Assembly (NCBI RefSeq): GCF_021869535.1
Contig: NW_026262668.1
Coordinates: 101,370,001-101,434,000 of the forward strand
DNA length: 64,000 nucleotides
Source: Mytilus californianus
Taxonomy: Eukaryota
Reading direction: 5' to 3'
Shown here: one piece after another, positions 26,200 through 39,381 of the stretch
How the letters are laid out: each line of letters begins with the position of its first letter
Position numbering within the stretch: position 1 is the stretch's first letter
Translations under genes and position numbers: made by a program
The notes under the pieces: generated by a model
What the model was told of the DNA's origin: nothing
The model's input: the letters and a program-made list of their open reading frames with translations, nothing else
Database searches by the model: none

Positions 26200-27107
26200 A
26201 AGTAAAATAATTCCATACTACTAAAGGAAGCGAAAGATATGAAAAAAATATGGAATAACCTTCATCAATTTAATTATTACAATAAAGACCAAAATTTTAG
26301 AAAGAAATAAAAATTGAAAGCTTAGAATGAAAACTAGAGGCTCTAAAGAGCCTGTGTCGCTCACCTTCATCTTCAACAATGGCCTCTTTTTGAAAAAAAA
26401 ATCATCACGAAAGGGCAATAACTGCATAAAGAGTTATCTGACAATTTCAGTCATGTTGACATATTTGTAGATCTTGTCATGCTGATCATTTTTGCTTTTT
26501 AATGTTTCTATGTACATTTGTATCCATTCTACTTTTCAAGATGATAGGCAAATACTTTAATAAAATGGTAATAAACGGTTGACACAGAGATATATGTCTT
26601 GCCTGTCGGCATAAAATTCAGAAAAAGACAATCAGATGGACAGCAACATTGCTAATTAATTCACTCGCTGGACCATGAACTAGTGGGTAGGGCCTCGAAA
26701 TGGTCAACAAACTGAGATGTATGGACAGACTGAGATGTATGGACAGAAATGTAACTTTATAGAAAATATAATTGTCTTTTGTAAGTAGTTCCTATCAAAC
26801 TAACTAAAGCAGAAAACTTTACATTGAAAATTGGTAATTAATTCAAAGACAATGGCCATGACCTAAGGGACAGGGCCTCCAAATAGTCGTTAAACTGATA
26901 TGTACTGATAGTAATTCAACTTCATACAAAATATCATTGATCATATCACAAGTAGTTCCTATCAAACTAACTAAAGCAGAAAACTTAACATTTAAAATTG
27001 TTAATTAATTCAAAGTCACTGAACCTTGACCTAAGGGACAGGGCCACAAAATAGTCATTAAACTGATATGAACTGATGGTCTCACAATCCGAGAAAATCA
27101 CCTCTAA

Positions 27108-27723
27108 GGGCATACGATACAGTTACTGGGGAGGTAATGACATTGCTAATGTATATGTAATTTTCGCGACGTCAAACTATGACATATCGGGAAAAGATGC
27201 CTTTTTCGAGTGATTTTGATTATTAGCTTGAAAACGAGTACATGGACCCCTCTTTTTTAAATGACGATTGGCTTGATTATGTATGAAGATTATTTGTTCC
27301 AATTTTTTTTAAATCAGATAAATATACTGGAAAAAATGCCGGTATTTCTAAAATCATGAAAATTTAGTAAAAAATTAATTATTTCCACAGAATTTTAACA
27401 CAAATTTAGAGCATACTTTGGTAAAGAAGATATTTCATATCTTTTTACAAAAACCCGCATGTGTTTGTCTTTTAAAATAAAAAAAGTTAAGTATGTCTGT
27501 CCAAAGGAAAGAAACGTCAAAGAAGCCGAAATTTTGGGTAAATGTCTAAAATTTCAACCAAATTTATCTCGAAATGTAGCTCATGGAGGTATATTTTTTA
27601 TTACATATTTGTGAATGACGAGGTGAAAAATAGCTTGTATACATGCAACTTTTCGTTGAAAATAGCTTGTATGCAACTTTTCGTTAAAAAATCACCATGG
27701 GATCAAAACTGTATCGTATGTCC
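27108..27723. mobile_element. MITE with TTAA-like target (Kolobok-like), 616 bp
   Basis: TIR gg(g/a)catacgatacagtt, flanked by ctaa and ttaa. RR termini with TTAA target are the established Kolobok pattern. Confidence 0.7.
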
Positions 27724-28112
27724 TTAAAGGACAATAACTACAATAACGAGTCGACTGAAGATTTCAGCTATATGGCTTATTTGTAGATCTTGTCTTGCTG
27801 AATATTTTTGCTATTCAAAGTTGCTATCTATCTATTATAATTTTCAAGATAATAGGCAAAAATGCTAAAAAAAAATGGAAAAAAATCATTATTATAGGGC
27901 GATAACTTCAATAAGGAGTCGACTGACGGACGATTTCGGTCATGTTGACTTTTTGTAGTTCTTGTCTTGTTGACCATTTTGCTATATAAAGTTTCTATCT
28001 ATCTATTTTAGCTTCTAAGATATTAGGCAAAAATTATTTTGTAGATCTTGTCTTGCATATCACTTTTACTAATTAAAGATTCTTTCTATCTATTATATAT
28101 TATTGTTTTCAA

Positions 28113-28407
28113 AACAAGTGAAACTGTGAGCTACTGCTCACTGATGATACCCCCGCCCAAATATATCTGTAAACAGGAATTTGTTGAGTGATGAATCTGA
28201 AAACGCATCACATGGTATAGCTGACTCATATAAACCCTGAAACCAAATTTCAGAAATCTTTGAAATGTAGTTCCTGAGAAAAATGCGATGAAAATATTCA
28301 TGGGACGGACGGACGGATTGACGTATGGACTGACGGATGGACGCATGGGTGGACGGACGGACAGACAGAGGTAAAACAGTATACCCCCACTTTAAAGTGA
28401 GGGTATA
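28113..28407 (+). mobile_element. Short HINE-like element (family F7)
   Basis: Head aacaagtgaaactgtgagctactgctcactgatgataccccc, (ggac)n, terminal hairpin tatacccccactttaaagtgagggtata. Confidence 0.75.
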
Positions 28408-29102
28408 ATAATCAATAAAAACGAAAAAAAATGGTAAAATTTTACATTAAAGGGCAATAACTCCTATAAGAAGTCATCTGACAGTTTTGGCGTAAATGGA
28501 CAGAAGGTAGATCTCAATATTCTGAACATTTTTGCCCTATCAGATTTTCTCTATTCATAGCGTTTTCAAGATAGTAGACAAAACTTGCATTTAACCCTTA
28601 TGTTCTAATTTCAGCCATGTCGGTTATGTTGGTTGGCAGGCGGGGTCATCGGACTCATTTTTACTTCCAATAGAATTTGGATTTAGTTAAGAATGTCATT
28701 CTTATCCATTTTTACGATAGTTACTCAAAATTTGCCAAAATCAAGCAAAATTACAGTTTACAGTCATATCAAGAAATCTAGTTTAGATATTTGTTCAGAA
28801 GTATGCCAAAACGTTACTAGAATTAGATTACATTCGAATAGCTTGTATACCGTGATTTTCAGTGAAGATTTTGAGTTTTTGAAAATGGCCCTGGTGTGAA
28901 GTAAATTCAGGGAAAATTGGCCCTTCCTCTACACTTGTTCATTGCTTACTTACTTCTTTAGTAAATTATCATAGTAAAAGTAATGTCAATTAGTATCTAA
29001 TATTTGAAAATGTTCTTTGAAAAGAGAAGTCAGGTTAATACTGATAAGCGAAGATCAATAAAACTTTGAAATTTTTCTTGAAAAATAAGACTATAAATGT
29101 TC

Positions 29103-29515
29103 AACAAGAGTGTACACACTGAAATGTCTCGTCTGTTTTACTGATTATGATTGATTTTATGCTGAAAGTCTTTACGATAAAAGGTTTTAATACAAGCACC
29201 ACATAAACTTAACATTATCAATGATCCATGTAAATGGGGTCAATGTTAGAAGACCACTGCCAGACACCTAACAATCATTCCATACAACATACCTATCCAC
29301 GAAAACTTAATGTTGACCAATGAACCATGAAAATTAAGTCAAGGACAGATGAACCCTGTCAGACGGACATGTACACCTTTCAGTCTTCCATACAACAAAC
29401 ATAGTTGATATATTGCTTATAGTACTAGTATCTCAGGAACAGAAGACATCCTATATACAAGGTTTGAAACATGCAGTTCTTCTACTTTCTGAAATATAAA
29501 GCTTTGTAAAAATCG
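29103..29515 (+). mobile_element. Truncated HINE element, family F2
   Basis: Head aacaagagtgtacacactgaaatgtctcg, cores, partial 3' part. Confidence 0.75.
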
Positions 29516-29589
29516 TCGTTGCAGGATTAGTTTCCCTGTGTCTCGCATTTTACGACTTTTGTGTGAGACGAAAGATAAAAGACAAATTA

Positions 29590-30912
29590 CAAATTCTATG
29601 TTCCATTGGAATTTTAACCAAAGATGAAGAACTGGGTCTTCTTTCACTGTATTGGATACCTAAACTACATAAGTGTCCTTACAAACTACGTTATATTGCT
29701 GGGTCGTTCAAGTGCTCCACGAAACCTCTTTCTAAATTATTAACATCAATTTTATCAGCAATCAAAGTCGGGCTTCAAAGTTATTGTGAAACTACCTTTT
29801 CTGGAGGTGCATGGCGTGAATCAGATAAGGATACTAAAAAATTCCAAAGATCTTTTAGAGTACAAGCAATCTAAGACTCTTTCATCTTGCAATAGTATTA
29901 AAACATTTGACTTTTCTACACTTTACACAAGTATACCCCATTCCAAACTGAAAGACAAATTGAAAGAGTTGGTCCTGCTTTGTTTCATAAAAAAGAATGG
30001 CCTACGTAGATACAAGTTTCTTGTCTTAGGAAGGGATAAATCGTACTTTGTAAAAAATCACTCTGATTCAAACAAAAAATTCTCTGAAACTGACATTATC
30101 AAGATGCTCGATTTCTTGATTGACAATATATTTGTTACGTTTGGAGGACGTGTTTTTTAACAAACAATCGGCATTCCCGTGGAAACCAACTGTGCTTTTC
30201 TTCTTGCCGACTTGTTCTCTTATTCGTATGAGACTGACTTCATACAGGAACTTCTTAGGAAGAATGGAAAGAAGTTAGCAGTATCCTTAAACTTCACTTT
30301 CCGCTATATAGATGATGTTCTCTCACTAAATAATTCAAAATTTGGTGACTATGTTGAACGAATCTATCCCATCGAACTTGAGATAAAGGATACAACAGAT
30401 ACAGTCTGCATCATAGCTTGACTTACATCTAGAAATTGACAACGATGGTCGGTTGAAAACAAAACTTTACGACAAAAGAGATGATTTCAGCTATTAAACC
30501 AAGAGTTCCAAGTTGTGCAGTTGAAATCGTCCCTTCGTACATTTTACGGACGCCATCACGAGTTGATTGACCGTTATGGAGTATCCGTTACACAGATGAC
30601 AACGAATATGTTCCAATTGTCGTAACTACAATCCCGTCCCCTTTTCCCCGAATGTGACCTACCGAATTAGACTTATCACAGGGTGTGTAATAACATTAGC
30701 AACACGACGGGTGCCACATGTGGAGCAGGATCTACTTACCCTTCCGGAGCACCTGAGATCACCCTCAGTTTTTGGTGGGGTTCGTGTTGCTCAGTCTTTG
30801 GTTTTCTATGTTGTGTTTTGTGTACTGTTGTTTTTCTGTTTTTCTTTACCTTGTCAGTTTATTTTCGATTTATGAGTTCGAATGTCCCTTTGGTATCCTT
30901 CGCCTCTCTTTT
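29590..30912 (+). mobile_element. 5'-truncated, disrupted Penelope-like retroelement (Naiad-type RT plus 3' tail)
   Basis: LYWIPKLHKCPYK.RYIAGS, SIKTFDFSTLYTSIPH, QTIGIP.ETNCA..LADLF, FRYIDDVLSLNN, YLDLHLEID...KLYDKRDDFS, RHHELIDRY. Frameshifts near 29810 and 30410, TAA at 30158, internal deletion near 30490, no C-terminal GIY-YIG. Confidence 0.85.
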
Positions 30913-31163
30913 ACAACAGACTACTTGAAAGGATGCATGTTCAAGATCCACTTTAATCAGTCTGTCGCCATGGGAAATGAATAAAAGGAGATGTGAGGAA
31001 GACGAAACAGCAACATCAAGATTGAAGATACAAGTACTAATTGCATTAACTTTTGTATTCGAAAATTTTACATCAACAAATATTAAATATTAAAACAGAT
31101 TTAATTTGATGTCATGTAAAATAAATGTTCAATGATTTCATCGAAGAAGTCATCAAATTTACT

Positions 31164-32755
31164 TTAATATTTAAAAATGGCTTTGTCAAGATCTTTCGGC
31201 ATTGGCATGGTATATTTTACATGTGGCATAGAGTCTGTTCTCTGTGTTTTGTCTTCTTCGTCGGTGTTTTCATCAGCAAACATGTCACTGACCTTTTCTC
31301 CTGGGTTGATAGGTTTATTGTCGTGTTTCTTTAGTGTCATTGATATTTTCTTAACAATTGGTTTAATTTTGGTTTCAAGTACAGTTGTTTCCATGCATGT
31401 CTCTATTTTATGAGCTGATTCAACTGCTTTATCCTTCGAGGGTGCATTATCGTTTTTAACTTTTTTCACTAAAGCGATCAAATCAAAAGCGTCCTTTTTC
31501 CGTGAAGACAATAAACTTTTCTCTTCATCTGCTCTTTTTTCTGAATTAATATATTTTTCATGACTACGATATCTATCTCTGCTTTCTTTCCGGTCTCGGT
31601 ATTTATCACGCAATCGATCTCTATCACTACTCCTACTACGTTGCCTTCGACTGTGAGCCTGTCCATGTCGGTCAAAAGTATCTCTGCTTCTTCGCTGGTC
31701 CCTACTTCGATTTCGATATCGAGATCGTTCATCTCTGCTATTGGATCGAGAATGATGCCTGTCAAGTGATCGATCACGAGATTTATCATCTTTTCTATAA
31801 CTTGTTTTACCACTTTTCTGTGGAGAAACTTCAACGGATTTTGACATTGATCTGGATGATTTTAGAGATGAAGAAGAGGTTGATGATGAAGATGATTTTT
31901 TTGATCGGGAGCTAGATGATGATGATGACGATGATGACGAAGACGACGATGAACCAGAGCTACTTCTTGACCTTTTGCGAGAACGAGATAACGACTGCGT
32001 CTGTTTACTTCTGTTCCTATTGCTGGTATCCTGCTTTATATTTTCCTTTTCACAGAGTTTTGTTTCATGTTTCCTATCTTTGTTTTTTAAGTGCTCGTCA
32101 ACATACGCCTTCTCGTCATTTAAATGAATTCGGTCATCTTGACGATCACGATCATCGTATCGGTCACGGTCAATATGAGACTGGTATTGGTCGCGCTCAT
32201 TTATTTGTTTACTATGATCTAATGAATAACGATCATATTGGTTTCCCCTTGATAAATGTTCATCTCGATAACGGTAATCGGTTGGTGAGTATCTTCGAGG
32301 ATATTCGTATGTTTGGTATGTTTCCCGATTTCGATCAAACGGGTGTTTATAGTAGTCATACCGGTTTCGATCTAAATCACGATGTGGACCAAGGTCAAAT
32401 GATTCTAACGGTTGGTATGTTTGTACTGAACCAAAGGATCTGTCATCGATGGCTCTTCTATTCAGTTCTGGTAATGTAATTGAATTTTCATCGTATAAGA
32501 ATCTGTTTTCAGCATCAAAATCGCGATTAATTTCAGACTCATCGTCATTCGTCGTTTCTTCCGCGTGTTGTTCTGAATCCTGTGAAGTTAGATAATTGAA
32601 TGTTTTATGTTTCTCGGCATTTGCAGTGAAGTGTTGCATATAGACCCGCTCGAGATCACCATAAGAGAAGCTTGTCGTTGTGTCGGAGTCACCTATATTA
32701 TCGTAGCTATCTTTCAACATGTCCAAACCAGGAATAGATTCAGCTGGGGTCAACT
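31164..32755 (-). CDS. Large Arg/Ser-rich low-complexity exon (about 530 codons) of an unidentified gene; upstream exon(s) not located
   Basis: Open 1.59 kb frame preceded by a good acceptor (ttatttttctaatttcAG|AG TTG ACC; AG at 32757-32756). Contains RD/RY repeats, a Ser run and RS/SR dipeptides, and ends AIFKY*. The supplied ORF start is a TTG, so the true start lies upstream. Confidence 0.7.
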
Positions 32756-33269
32756 CTGAAATTAGAAAAATAATAACGCCGAGTTAAAACCACTTTTAAG
32801 ACTTCGTGCGATCCGAACATAAAACTTTTATTTTATCAAAAGTCAGTATGTATTTTGGGCTAGCAGTATTGCACACCTTTAGATTTTATTTGATCTTAAA
32901 TCATTGAGATAAAAAATTGTACTTATCATGGTAAAGTTATAGATGTACGCATGGAAATGCATTTCTCTCTTTCAATATAAAGTTGGTTCCTTCCTGTCAA
33001 TCTTTCTAACTGATATATTCTTGTTTTAAAGATTAAATGGAAGAAATCATTTCAACTTTCACTACTAACATTCATTCAATCTGATTGAAATACAAATCAT
33101 GTGTCAACACTTTCTGAAAAAAAAGTACAAGCGAGGAGTGATAATTCTATATATGTTCATGATGACAATAGGCAGGACGATGTTTGGCAAGGACATGATA
33201 ACTGAATACTAATTTCCATGGTTTATATCCATTTGTGTCTGTCCTCGTCCTATTCCAATAACATTTTTA

Positions 33270-35633
33270 ATAAAATGCTCCGCTGGGGCGCAGCTTGATA
33301 CGACCGCAGAGGACGAACCCTGAACAGTTGGGGCAAGTATGGACACAACATTCAAGCTTGATACAGCACTGAATTTGGATTGTAATTAAATATTTGACAC
33401 AGCATAGGTTTCTCACACAGAATGAAAGTGGTCTAAGAACTTAAAATTTTTTAATTTACCTATTCAAACCATATCGTTATTATTTGCTTTTATATATACA
33501 TCAGAAATAACCAATTTAAAATGGAAAATTTTAAATAAAAAAACATACATGTGATGGACTGTGAAACTCAGATCAGGAGATTGGAAAATTTTGGTCAGGA
33601 GATTAGGACTCAGATCAGGAGGTTTTTAATCGACATAAAGTTTGTCGTAAATGTAACCGTGTGCTGTAAAAATTGTCTTTTAAAGTGTGTTTTCTTCAAC
33701 TCTCAATTCGAATGTATTATGTATTATGTTTATAGTACCCTTGTACTTATAAAGTTTCTTTATCTTAATATTCTACATGTTCAATCTAAGATTCTTTTTT
33801 TTTAGTATGTTCTTTAAATTTTTCAATTCATATCTTTTATATCATTAGTCTATAGGACAAACATTGCAATCAGATCATTTGTTTACCTATCTGCATTTGC
33901 AGTTAGATTTTATTTGAATTATCAGAAACTCATTTAAATTTAAAACATGGGTCATAATTATTATATGAATTCAATTTAAGCCTTGAAAGAAAGTATAGAA
34001 CCCTCAAATAATTTTCAAATTATTATTTTTTGATTTGTCCTAAGACATTTAAAATCATTTAATTACCATCCTTTTATGATTATTTGTTCAATTTATATTT
34101 TATTTATATTCTTTTAAAAATTTACATTATTTAAAGGAAAGTAACTTAAAACAGGATAAATCAGGGGAAGTAACCCAATAAATACACTAAGTTTTTATTA
34201 CACAACGGCAGTTAGCCTGAGGTAAAAATCGTTGATTACCAGTATGTTTGACACCCAAGCTGATAAGTGAAGCCATATAATTATGCATGTTAATTGATTT
34301 ACAGGTAAAATATAACTTCAGGTGATGTCAGTTACACCAGATGTCTGAGATGATATGTTGGGCAGATTTCATACACAGGATTTTTTTCTCTTCAACGCGA
34401 GGTCGGGAGGAGACCCCTGAAAACGGGATTATTGTACTCCCGTCGGGAGGTTTACATGTATGAAAAAAAGAAAAAAAAATCCCCCAAATTTTTTTGAACC
34501 CCCTTATGATTCATCACCCCATTGGCCCAAACTCAATCCCAGCTTTCCCTTTGTGGTATGGTACCTTGCAGTACAATTTCAGAGAGATCCATACACTTGA
34601 ACACAAGTTATTGTCTTGAAACTAGAAAAATGCTTGTTTTTTGGCCCCTTTTTGGCCCCAAATTCCTAAATGTTTAGGGCAATTACCCCCAAACTCAAAC
34701 CCAGCTTTCCCTTTGTGATATGGAACCTTGCAGTACAATTTCATAAAGATCCATACACTTACAGTTATTGTCCTGAAACTAGAAAAATGCTTGTTTTTTG
34801 CCCTTTTATGGCCCCTAATTACTAAAATTTTGAGGGAATTACCCCCAAAAATCAATCCCAGCCTTCCCTTTGAGGTATGGTACCTTGCAGTACAATTTCA
34901 GAGAGATCCATACATTTGAACACAAGTTATTGTCTGGAAACTAGAAAAATGCTTATTTTTGGCCCCTTTTTGGCCCCTTATTCCTAAACTTTTTGGGCAA
35001 TTACCCCCAAACTCAATTCCAGCTTTCCCTTTGTGATATGGAACCTTGTAGTACAATTTCATAAAGATCCATACACTTACACACAAGTTATTGTCATGAA
35101 ACTAGAAAAATGCTTGTTTTTCGCCCCTTTTTGGCCCCTAATTCCTAAAATATGGAGGCAATTACCCCCAAAATCAATCCCAGCATTCCCTTTGTGATAT
35201 GGAACCTTGTGATACAATGTCAGAGAGATCCATACACTTACACACAAGTCATTGTCATGAAACTAGAAAAATGCTTGTTTTTTGCCCCTTTTTGGCCCCT
35301 TATTCCTAAAATTTGGAGGCAATTACCCCCAAAATCAATCCCAGCATTCCCTTTGTGATATGGAACCTTGTGGTACAATGTCAGAGAGATCCATACACTT
35401 ACACACAAGTTATGTCTGGAAGTTACAAAAATGCTTATTTTTGGCCCCTTTTTGGCCCCTAATTCCTTAACTGTGGGTACCATAACCCCCAAAATCAATC
35501 CCCACCTTCCTTTTGTGGTATTGAACCTTATGGTAAAATTTCATTGAGATTCATTCACTTAAACTAAAGTAAGAGTGCGAAAACTAATGTGTATTCGGAC
35601 GACGACGCTGGACGACGACGACGACGACGACGC

Positions 35634-35681
<48 letters not shown>

Positions 35682-35731
35682 CAACGTCATACCAATATAC
35701 GACCACAAAAATTTTTTTGCGGTCGTATAAA
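33270..35731 (+). mobile_element. HINE element, family F3, with about 6.5 tandem cores of about 161 bp
   Basis: 5' gatacgaccgc; cores at about 34526, 34689, 34846, 35007, 35168, 35329 and 35489; (gac)n; terminal hairpin tatacgaccacaaaaatttttttgcggtcgtata. Confidence 0.85.
35598..35681. repeat. (GAC)n microsatellite inside the HINE 3' region
   Basis: Direct reading of the sequence. Confidence 0.95.
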
Positions 35732-36021
35732 AATGAATCAATTTTTCACGAAAAATATAAATAAAAAGCGGTTCATATTCAAAACATAATAAAATTATCT
35801 AGACCATAATTCATCCAAATCTTATTTCCATCCGATGGAAGGTTCCAGGTATCCTCTGAAAATCGTTATTTTGCACACAAGTTTTAGACTATTTATTATT
35901 AACTATGGCCTTGATCATCCCCTTCGAAGTATTGACCTCAAAATTATTAGAAATCTTACATATATTTTTTAACAATGAATAATATTTATTTCACTTTTTG
36001 TTCTGTAAACAGTTAACTATA

Positions 36022-36230
36022 AAATTGAGAATGGAAACGGGGAATGTGTCAAAGAGACATCAACCCAACCAAAGAGCAGAAAACAGCCCAAGCCCACCAA
36101 AGGGTCTTCAACACAGCGAGGAAAACCCGCACCCGGAGGCGGGCTTCAGCTGGACCCTCAACAATAATGTATACTATAGTTCAGAGAAAATGGACGTCAC
36201 ACTAAACTCCGAAACATATACGCATACATC
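36022..36230 (+). repeat. Dispersed repeat (aattgagaatggaaacggggaatgtgtcaaagagac family)
   Basis: GC-richer block recognised from memory as a common mussel interspersed repeat; single copy in this window. Confidence 0.5.
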
Positions 36231-36954
36231 TTTTACTTAGTATTACTAAATAGCAATAGTTAAGTGACATCAATTGGTAAACGGTACTTGTATTCTTGTA
36301 ATTTGTTAAACAAAAAACAAAAGACACGTGAAATATGAGTAATATTGTCAGATTTGTTTTATATATTGAATTGAAAATACATTTTTACCATACTCAAATA
36401 TACGAGTTAGGTATCTGGAGTTATATATTAAAGTATATTAATAGGTAAAAATAATTCAGAGACAAGTGCCTGTGTCTAGATTGTATGAACAACCATCCTG
36501 TTGTGTAGAAACGTTCGCTAGACAATTTTTATTCGCTTTTAGTGACCATCTACCTAAGTTTTGTTCAAATATGGAGTAGTCACAAAGAAACTATGTTACA
36601 CACATGCAGATTCCTGTCTATTGTTTCAACTTTGTATCTGTGCCCTTGATCTCAATAAGTGTTGACCACAAAATCAATATGGCTCTGTCTATCATCACAT
36701 GTGACCACGTACCAAAGGTACAATCCGTGAGTTATTATCCAGAAAGCAATTTAGCACTTATTACATTCCATTTTAGTAACTGTGACCTGATCTTTAATGC
36801 ATTGACCCCACAATTTTCGCATTTTTTTGTTATTGTCATTATAATTCTAGTTCTAAAATAAGAATCACTCGGTAACCACTTTTATGTCTATTTTAGATTC
36901 TTGCCTTTTTTAGTTTCTTCCCTTTGGACGCGTTTAATCGTGACTCATTAGATA

Positions 36955-37225
36955 CCTGACCTTCAACAATGACTGAGCAAAACCCTTACCGCATAGCAAG
37001 CTATAAAAGGCCCCGAAATAACAGACGTAAATTCAAAAGAGAAAGCTAACAGCCTGATTTATAAACAAAACAATAAACGAAAAACAAATATGATATACAC
37101 CAACAAACGACAACCAGTGAATTACAGGTTTCTATCTTGGGACAGGCACATACAGAATGTAGCGGCGGGGTTAAACACGCGTACAGGCGCTCAGCCCTCC
37201 CGTAACCTGGGACAGTGGTTTAGCA
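36955..37225 (+). repeat. Family P dispersed repeat, 3' portion
   Basis: ccttcaacaatga...gctataaaaggccccgaaat...acaaacgacaaccagtgaattacagg...gggacaggcacatacagaatg, complementary to 21378-21848. Confidence 0.75.
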
Positions 37226-37254
37226 GCACACCATAAAAACAATCTACCGGTACA

Positions 37255-37740
37255 ATAAAATGCTTCGCTGAGCGCAGCCTGATACGACCGCAGTGGTCCA
37301 ACCCTGAACAGTTGGGGCAAATTTGGCCGGATACAATATTCAAGCTTGATACTGTCTGAATTTTGATTGTGATCAAAATTTTGACATAATAAAGGTTTCT
37401 GACACAAAATAAATGTGGTCAAAGATCTTACAAATCTATTGCCCAACACTGCGCAATTGAAAATTTCTTCTTTAAACTTTTCAAAAATTTGAAATTTGAA
37501 AATTTTTGAAAAAAAAATATGAATTCCTTAAAAAAATTTGAAAAAAAATTCCCCCACCCCCCCAAAAAAAAACCTTTTGGAAACCCCCCTTGGAGCAATT
37601 ACCCCAAGACTCAATCCCATCCTTCCCTTTGTAGTATGGAACCTTGTAGTACAATTTCAGAGAGATCCATACACTTAAACACAAGTTATTGTCTGGAAAC
37701 TAGAAAAATGCTTGTTTTTTGCCCTTTTTTGACCCCTAAT
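37255..37740 (+). mobile_element. 3'-truncated HINE element, family F3
   Basis: Head similar to 33270 (aaaatgc...gcgcagc.tgatacgaccgcag), A-rich spacer, one core. Confidence 0.8.
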
Positions 37741-37951
37741 TAATAAAATTATATATTCCCTCTTATCTGTTACACTTGGACTGATGTGATGTGTTGTGAT
37801 GTTTATGTTATGTTTTATGTGTGCTTTAATGTTGGTTGTGCTAATGTATTATTATTGTTGTACCTTCTGTGTGCTTAATAGTAACTTTTTATAATTCATG
37901 TCATGTGTGTGCTTTATTGTATTAAGCTGTCTATTTTGTGTGCTTTATTGT

Positions 37952-38159
37952 ATGAGGGTCTGGATAGGATGGGAGGGGGTGATAGGCCTTCATTTCTCTA
38001 TTCTTTAAGTTTTAGCCATTATATTTCAGCACCACATTATTCTCTATTATTTAATCTCTTTTTTTGCCTATTTTTCTCTATTCTTAATTTGTTTACCCAT
38101 ATTCCTGTAGTATTGGCTTATTATTCTCTATTCTGTAAACCCCACCCAGAAACCTCTTG
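37952..38159. mobile_element. Small MITE
   Basis: Imperfect TIR gagggtctggat ... acccagaaacctc; tgta on both sides. Confidence 0.5.
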
Positions 38160-38178
38160 TATCAAGCTGTCTATTATA

Positions 38179-38779
38179 GAGTGGGGTGCTCATTTTCGCC
38201 ATAATTTTCCATGTTTTCTGCAGTTTATGTTCATACCTTTAAGTTTTTGAAGTATACTGATATTTCTATATGAAGATAACATCAAAAGCAAAATATTCTT
38301 AGCTCGAAAACGTGTTTCTCTGAAAAAATTCATCTGAAAAGTTAGATTAAAGGCTATTTGAAATTTCCTGATGTTTTGTCATAGGGGGACACATATTCGC
38401 CGTTTTTACACATCTAGTTAAAACCAAATAACTACAGCTTTAAACAATATTGATCAAATCAATTTCATTATAGATGAATAGCAGACATTTCAAACGTGTA
38501 AAGAACTGAAATTTAGGGCAATCAGTCAAAGAATTACTAAGAAATACTTCTTTGAAATCTTTTTTTTCATTCAGGAAATTGGCCGAAAATCGTTGTCCGT
38601 TTTTCGGTCCTTTGCGGTAAGTGCCGAAATTTTTTCTAAGTTTAAAAAATAATCATATTTGTTATAAAAATATAATTTACCGGCATATTTCTTCCATTTC
38701 AGCAATCCTTTGAAGTTTCTACACCTCAAAATCATAAAACGGCGAAATTGTGTCCTCGGCGAATATGTGCGCTCCACTC
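38179..38779. mobile_element. MITE with TA target duplication, 601 bp
   Basis: TIR gagtgg(g/a)g(t/c)gc(t/a)cat(t/a)ttcgcc; TA at 38177-38178 and 38780-38781; internal repeat of cacatattcgcc. Confidence 0.7.
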
Positions 38780-39019
38780 TATGTGCTTTGTTGTAACTCT
38801 TTATTATACATTTATGCTTGATATGTGCTATTTCATGACTTGATATAATTATAATCTATGTTTGATGATACTTCAATTACACATTTTATGTGCAAAATAA
38901 AATATGTCAATATTATTATTTGTTTATGTTTATTTTATATTGTTTATAAGTTACATTGATTAAATAAATACCTGTAATTAACTGTTGTACTATTTCATAA
39001 CAATTAATCTCTGTCAAAA

Positions 39020-39143
39020 CAATTCCCGATTGTCCCACATTTAAACTTCCCAATTGTCCCACAAACATCTTCCCGATTGTCCCACAAAATTTCATTACTT
39101 TTTTACCTGTAATTTAAAAAAGTGGGACAATCGGGAAGACACC
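39020..39143. repeat. Transposon-end-like repeat cluster / hairpin
   Basis: Three direct copies of cttcccgattgtcccac (39023, 39046, 39068) and one inverted copy (39122-39139). Confidence 0.7.
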
Positions 39144-39381
39144 ATCTATGATGAGTTTATTTGGAAGTTGTCACGGTGATTTAAATAAAGCTTTAATTAA
39201 CAGGTCAAGACATCTCTTTTTCCATTAAAAATAAAAAAGCAAAAGGATAGCTTTATACAATAATAAAATATTTCTTACAAATATTAGAGATGTATGATAC
39301 AATATTATGTTTCTCCGTTTCTCGTGAATCAGAATACACCGTACACACCCTCTGTGGTGCGTTAACCTTTCTTTGTACGTT

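Larger units (their letters stand above)
26333..28690 (-). mobile_element. HINE family F1 copy carrying nested insertions
   Basis: Starts with the reverse-complemented 3' end (actagaggctctaaagagcctgtgtcgctcacct); F1 cores resume at about 26400-26570, 27725-28110 and 28410-28650 around the inserts. Confidence 0.7.

Noticed and set aside
30400-30480. TGA codons in the Penelope-like ORF as selenocysteine
   Set aside because: They arise only after a frameshifting deletion; the restored frame (SYLDLHLEID...) has no TGA.
31478-32479. Overlapping ORFs of 61-187 aa in other frames or strand
   Set aside because: Shadows of the repetitive RS-rich exon.
35589-35789. Poly-Arg ORF (and antisense poly-Ser ORF)
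   Set aside because: Translation of the (GAC)n microsatellite in a HINE 3' end.
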